From Blepharisma stoltei ATCC 30299 (taxonomy: Eukaryota > Protista > Ciliophora): a DNA stretch of 64,000 bases. The notes under the pieces are model-generated. The model saw nothing but the letters and a program-made list of their open reading frames with translations, was not told the origin of the DNA and made no database searches. Positions 58,768-64,000 of the stretch are shown in pieces. Numbering within the stretch: position 1 is the first letter of the stretch; each line of letters opens with the position of its first letter. The stretch lies in NCBI GenBank assembly GCA_965603825.1, contig CBFDEM010000055.1:62001-126000 (forward strand). Direction: 5' to 3'. The position numbers and the translations under genes are program-made.

Positions 58768-59931
58768 ATGGATCAAACTAAAAAATTTACTTGGGCTGAC
58801 GAAAGCGAAGAAGAACTATCTGAAAGCGAAGAGCCTTTCGAAGTAAAGATAGAACCGACAATATCCAAAGAAAAGGCTATAGAGAAACACCCTTACAGCA
58901 AACTTGCCTACAAAATAAAAGAAACAAAGCCCCCTTATACTTTCAAGCTAACCAATATAAACTACAATGCTAGTGAAAAATGAGAAATTTATGATTTCTT
59001 AGGTCTAAGATTTTCTGAAGCAAAGCTAGAACTGCTGACAAGCAGGAATAGGTTCAATGGTATCGTTATAGCTACTGCTTATAGCCAAGCAATAGGGATT
59101 AAAATTGCTAAAAGACATGACGAAGAGTTTAGGGGAAGAAGGGTAAAAATCAGTTTAGAAGAAAATGGATGTAAGATAAGTGAGCCTGATAAATTTATTG
59201 CTCCAAACCCTAAACCATTAATAAGATCTAAAATTGAAGCATCCGAAAATAACAGAACGGAAAATCAGAAAATTGAGATTATAAAAGATAGAAAAATAGT
59301 AATTGCACCTGATCGGTCTAGGCAAGAAAATGTTGAGCATCCTGAATCGATTCGCAAAGGTGAGAAAGTTGCAGTGAAGATGCATTCATTGAATACTGGG
59401 CAGAATATGCAGACTGAATATAAGAGGAATCCTTTCGGCAATGCTCGGCCAATTGATCGGCTAGAAAAAGATTTGAGATTTGATCAAGAGCACTTGCTTG
59501 TGACTTCATCAACTGATAGCTCTTTATCACATCCTAGAGATGAAAAACTTGAATACCAAATATACCCAGAAAATTCTTCTAAAATCACCATGCATGATAA
59601 CAAAACAAAAAACATTGATTTTTTTGATAAGAATAAAGAGTCTAACGGAAATAATTCCAAGTCAACTGAAGAGAATAATGAGAGCAATAATGCTTTGAAA
59701 GAAAATAAAAAGCCTAAAGCTAACCCCTTTGGATCCGCAAAGCCTGTTGATACTCTTTCAAAAGATATCGAATTCGAAAAAACAATCATTGAAAGGGCAT
59801 CTCATGCTCAAGAAAAAAACTTGCATAGCTTTAAGCATTCTGCATTTCATACAAGGAAAAATGATCCTGATCAGAAAGTTCATTTACAGGGCAAATCTAA
59901 ACCTATAAAAGAGTTCACTCACAATAATTAA
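58768..59931 (+). CDS. eIF4B-like protein
   Basis: N-terminal WADE, RRM starting PPYTFKLTNINYNA, repeated NPFGNARPID / NPFGSAKPVDT motifs. Open through TGA 58981. Confidence 0.7.
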
Positions 59932-59973
59932 TAAATAATATAATCATATTTAATGCTAATCATTATTTGCTAT

Positions 59974-61656
59974 TTATTTTGTAACCTTTAAATACCCTAA
60001 ATATGAAGATAAATACTCGATCATTTTCTGACGATTTGAAACATTTAAAACTTCTTCACATTGCTGAATTGATGTGATTGCATCCAAAAATTCTTCACCT
60101 GATTTAATTTTTCTTAAAATTAAAGAGGCCATTCTTAACAAAGATAGCTGGCTTTGCAAACAGTCTTTGACTCCTATTCTATATATTAGCTATATATTAC
60201 CTACTGCAAAATAGTGCCTATGCGATTTTGGTGCATTCAATATACCTAAATCCTCATCAAGTGTTGTAGGAAACTCGTCAAGGCAATTCCGTACAATGCT
60301 AATGGCTTGTTGAAAAATAATTTCTTCATTCTCAATTGAAGTTGGATTAAAGAAAGCCATGGGAGTATCCTTATTTATATCTCACAGTAAGCATCTTAAA
60401 ACTGACAATAAATCATCGCATATCTTGCTTTTCTTAATTTTGAAAGCAACAAGAGCTTCACTGCTATAAGTTTCCTCCATTTTAGCTCACTGCTGCTCAG
60501 TCAATAAATTCCTTAAAGGTATTTTAATTCTTGCATAGTTATATTTATTGATTTTGTTTGCAAATCCATAGCTCATCAATAGGTTTCGATTTGAATAATT
60601 TCCATATGAAATAAGAATTTCTGCTCCTCCTTCAAATCTTTCATTTTTGCCTGTCACCATTCTAAACCTTTTATTTGGGTCTTCAGTTATCTGGCTTATG
60701 CTTAATGACTCAGAGAAATTCATATCTGTATTATTTTTACCTAAAACAAATCTATTTGCATCTTTAATAGTTGCTTCACTAAGAATTTTCTTTGAAATAT
60801 TTGTTTTTTCTTCATCTAGTTGCTCTCCATATGCAGAAAAGTTTATTTTATGCAAATTTTGATAATTAAGCAAAATTGGCTCAGGGTCTTCATAAAGATC
60901 TTCATCTGAATCACTATCTGTATCTCTTATATCAAATCCTAAAGCTAAATCAGGTGGTAAGTCATCATCCGTCCCATAGTAATAATTCGTAAGCACGTTG
61001 TCATGGTTTATCAAATCAGCAACAGGAATCAGCGAAGAATATGGTATGCATTTTCCAAAAGCTCTTGTTGACACTATTTTTCAGCTCCAATGCACCTTTT
61101 CTACGTTGATTGTTCCTCCGAATTTTTCAGGGTACTTTTGTAGCACACTGATAAGTGTATCTATTCAAATTTCATATCGAGCTTGTCTATCCAGGACGTC
61201 AGTGACAACATCTGAATCTTGAAGCTCAATTAATTCAATTTCTTTCCAATCAGTTAAATTCTCAGGATTTTTAGGAAGGGAATTAAGATAAGGGTATCAA
61301 TATGAGGAAGGCCCTTTGGAGAATTCTAATAATAGGTAAGTAATCATTAAATAGTCCACTGATGTTGTAGAAGTGCTATCTAAAAATAAATCAGGATGGC
61401 TTTCATATATTTCAGATAGTTCAGGAGTTTTAGCGATTTGTGTAGATAATAATGCATTGTTTGGGACAGTAATTAAAGTTTCACTTGGGGGAATTTGCAG
61501 CTGCGTTTTCATCCCGAAGTATCCTGGAGGATATTTGACAGGATATTGAAGTTTAGGGTTTATTTGGATTCCAACCTGCTCAGCTCACTTAAAAAGAAGC
61601 TCGATTTCACTAGAGTCTACAAGTTCTCCTTGTTTGCGTGGGTAGCTGATTTTCAT
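59974..61656 (-). CDS. SET-domain lysine methyltransferase, Rubisco-LSMT/SETD3-SETD6 class
   Basis: SSYW(TGA)YPYLNSLP, STRAF, LIPVADLINH, EILISYGNYSNRNLLMSYGF, FPTTLDEDL. 15-nt intron 60190-60204. Confidence 0.9.
60190..60204 (-). other. 15-nt intron GTAGGTAATATATAG
   Basis: Removal deletes an in-frame TAG and gives HYFA|LIYRIGVK. Confidence 0.88.
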
Positions 61657-62067
61657 GATTATTTTGCTTTTTCATTTAGATTAGTTGCATGCAAAATCAA
61701 TAAAAAACTTGATAAAATTTGCGACGAAGCTCTTTGAGCACGGCATAATATGCAAAGGATTTCCTGATTCTTTCAAAAATAATACTGACTTAAAATATTT
61801 ATAACACTTTTTTTTCTATTTTGCAATAAATTTTCATAAACTTGTTCTAATTTAAAAAGCAGAATATATTTGCATGAGCATTATTGCTCCATATGATTTT
61901 AATATGTCTTTCTGTCTATTTAAAATACTTAATAGCGTTTTTACCATTTATTTTATCTTCTTATTATAAATTGCCTTAAATTTCTAACTATTCTTTATAA
62001 TATCTTTTCAAATTTCATATTAGATAGGATATTTTCACCTCCCTGCCATATTAATTTAATCTATAAC

Positions 62068-63687
62068 ATGTTTCAGCACGCTTTCCAAAATGGCCCAGCA
62101 GTCGAAGTCATAAACTCAGGCGAAAAAACACCTCAATGGGTCATCAACAAGTCCAAATGAAAATCCTTCGATAAATCTGTAAAAGGTTACATCATTACCT
62201 TAGATTCCCATACAGCAAAACTCCAATTTCCAAGTAATGAAAGGCAATCTCTATCTCTCGTGCAGCCTTATCTTGTTCTTCAAATCTTTTTAATCCCAGT
62301 GCAGTCATTTACACTTGAATTAGGATTAACAGATATCAGCGGCTCCAAGAGGCGGCTAATGTTCTCTTCTGCTTCAAAAGAAATCATATCTACACCTTTG
62401 CATGCAAGAATCCCAAATGGACCTTTTTTAAGAGGGGTCTGGGCTAATATTTCTATTGATCTTGTAGGGTTTGTGAATGCTTGCTTTCCTGGAAGTACTT
62501 TTAGGTCATTAGATTCAATTACTATACATTCATTCTGTAAAATCAGAAAAGTTTTCACGATGAAAAATCCGATTTTCGATACAAGTGATGCAGGAACTCA
62601 TATGGATGGAGCTGAAATGCCACCTAAAAATTTTGAGTTTCCTCCAGGAGTGCAATATGTGAACCAGCTGATTGTTCCTGCTATGGTTGTGGCAATGGAG
62701 CTTGAAGCGCCAATTGAAACACCAATTAAATCAATTCCTAAGAAAACTTGCTTAGCATTTGGGACGAAAATTCCAGCAAATACAGCGCCGACCTTAAAGC
62801 AAATTCCAAAGAAAGAGCCTCGAACTGCTTCACCTCAACGGAAACAAACATCAAACACTTCAACCTCATTTTTTTCAAAACGTGACAACAATACAGCTAA
62901 ATTAATCCCAGACACTCGCAGCCCATCTAAAATTTCAGGCACCTTTGAGCGTGTTACCACCGAGAGTTTTGCTAGCAAAAACTACAACAGAATCGGTTCA
63001 GCTGCTTCAACTCGATATGATGCTAAAGAAGACATAATAGAACAAGAAGAAATTCTAGAAGCCAATGAAGAAGAAAAAAAATCCAATAAATCTCCCAGTC
63101 CAGCGCTTAAAAACAGTTCTCAGCGATTTTCTGATTTTTCTGAATCTTTTAAATCAGATGAAATTGAATCAGAATATTCAAAGCAGCTATCCTTTTCAAA
63201 CCCCTTAGACGATATGGGCGACGAAGAAATAAAAGAAGACCCTAGCACTACTGAAAATTCTATATTAAAATCAGCTCAGAGAAAATTGACTAATTATAAT
63301 CAGCCTTCATATGGGGCTGCAGCACAATCCATTGAAGAAGAAATTGATGAGGAGAGATATAATCCTAATATTTATACTCAAAACTCAATTGACCATAACT
63401 TCTATCCATTTGCAAAAGAAAACAACAGAGAAAGTGATTCTCCAGTGCCTCATCCTACCTTTTATGCTCAAGGTTTAAACGAAGCAACACAGGTAAGGCC
63501 TTTTACTCCACCTTTCGCTGGGCTATCTTCAATGAGAAATATAAAAGCTTCATATGAAGAAGAACAACAAGCTGAAATTGAAGGTGAAGGCGAAGGCGAA
63601 GAAGAAGCAGTGGAGCTTGTGTATGATCCTGTGCTCAAATGCTACTATGACCCTAGCACACATGAGTATTATGAGGTAAATGATTAG
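62068..63687 (+). CDS. CFAP20DC: CFAP20-domain-containing protein (C3orf67-like)
   Basis: MFQHAFQNGPAVEV...W(TGA)KSFDKSVK, YLVLQIF, STPLHARIP, CKIRKVFTMK, C-terminal LVYDPVLKCYYDPSTHEYYE. Confidence 0.88.
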
Positions 63688-63729
63688 TTATGTAGTTTTT
63701 AACTATTATTTATAAATAGTCTGCTTAAA

Positions 63730-64000
63730 ATGTATGGCTTAACGCAATCAAACCGGTCTTCAGAAGAAGGGATTGATGGAAATTTGGAGTTCAGTGAAAC
63801 CCCCAGTAAGATAAAACTTCAAAAATTGTCAAGTAAACTTATAAGCTACCAAACTGGAATTGAGTCAGAAAAACAAGCGCAAGTTGAATCATTCAAATAT
63901 CGAATGAAGCAGCTGGAAGAGAAAATTTCGAAGATCGAACTTGCTGATGAATCTAAGTTTTCAGTAATTTTTACTTAGGTACTCAAAGACCAACTTAGCA
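63730..64000 (+). CDS. SF-assemblin/beta-giardin-like coiled-coil protein (5' part; runs off the window)
   Basis: KLQKLSSKL...GIESEKQ...LEEKI...ESKFS|VLKDQL after removing intron 63964-63978. Confidence 0.65.
63964..63978 (+). other. 15-nt intron GTAATTTTTACTTAG
   Basis: Removal deletes an in-frame TAG. Confidence 0.87.

Noticed and set aside
9844-62558. Numerous antisense and alternate-frame ORFs in the track (e.g. 9844, 15611, 26901, 45279, 59484)
   Set aside because: Shadows of real genes on the opposite strand, S/F/L-rich and mostly with non-ATG starts.
3609-63978. Programmed ribosomal frameshifting or TAA/TAG readthrough to explain split ORFs
   Set aside because: Every break in intact genes is in frame and explained by TGA=Trp or a 15-nt GT-TAG intron.

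Overview
Eukaryotic, AT-rich, gene-dense DNA that reads as the somatic (macronuclear) genome of a heterotrich ciliate, most likely Blepharisma. TGA is decoded as Trp, so the supplied standard-code ORF track splits many genes, and every real stop I traced is TAA or TAG. The eight introns I could resolve are all 15 nt (GT...A at position 10...TAG). Re-read with these rules, the window holds about 35 genes. Housekeeping genes include ARS2/SERRATE, SLD5, RPL28, ferrochelatase, GH38 alpha-mannosidase, PUS1, SKP1-like, an ABCA transporter, glycogen branching enzyme, a DYRK, a CDPK, INO80, two PP2Cs, Mei2-like, eIF4B-like, an LSMT-type SET protein, CFAP20DC and SF-assemblin; there are also several orphans. 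The most interesting elements are: (1) a tandem, partly rearranged array of NACHT-less pentapeptide-WD40 genes whose first propeller is diversifying (29.5-35.4 kb); (2) an unannotated, highly base-paired ~220-nt intergenic RNA candidate upstream of the Mei2-like gene (43.59-43.81 kb); (3) several apparent pseudo-enzymes; (4) a possible 16-nt 5'UTR intron/uORF switch on ARS2. I recognised no CRISPR array, rRNA, tRNA, telomere tract or transposase. All family assignments come from motif recognition by eye, not database searches.
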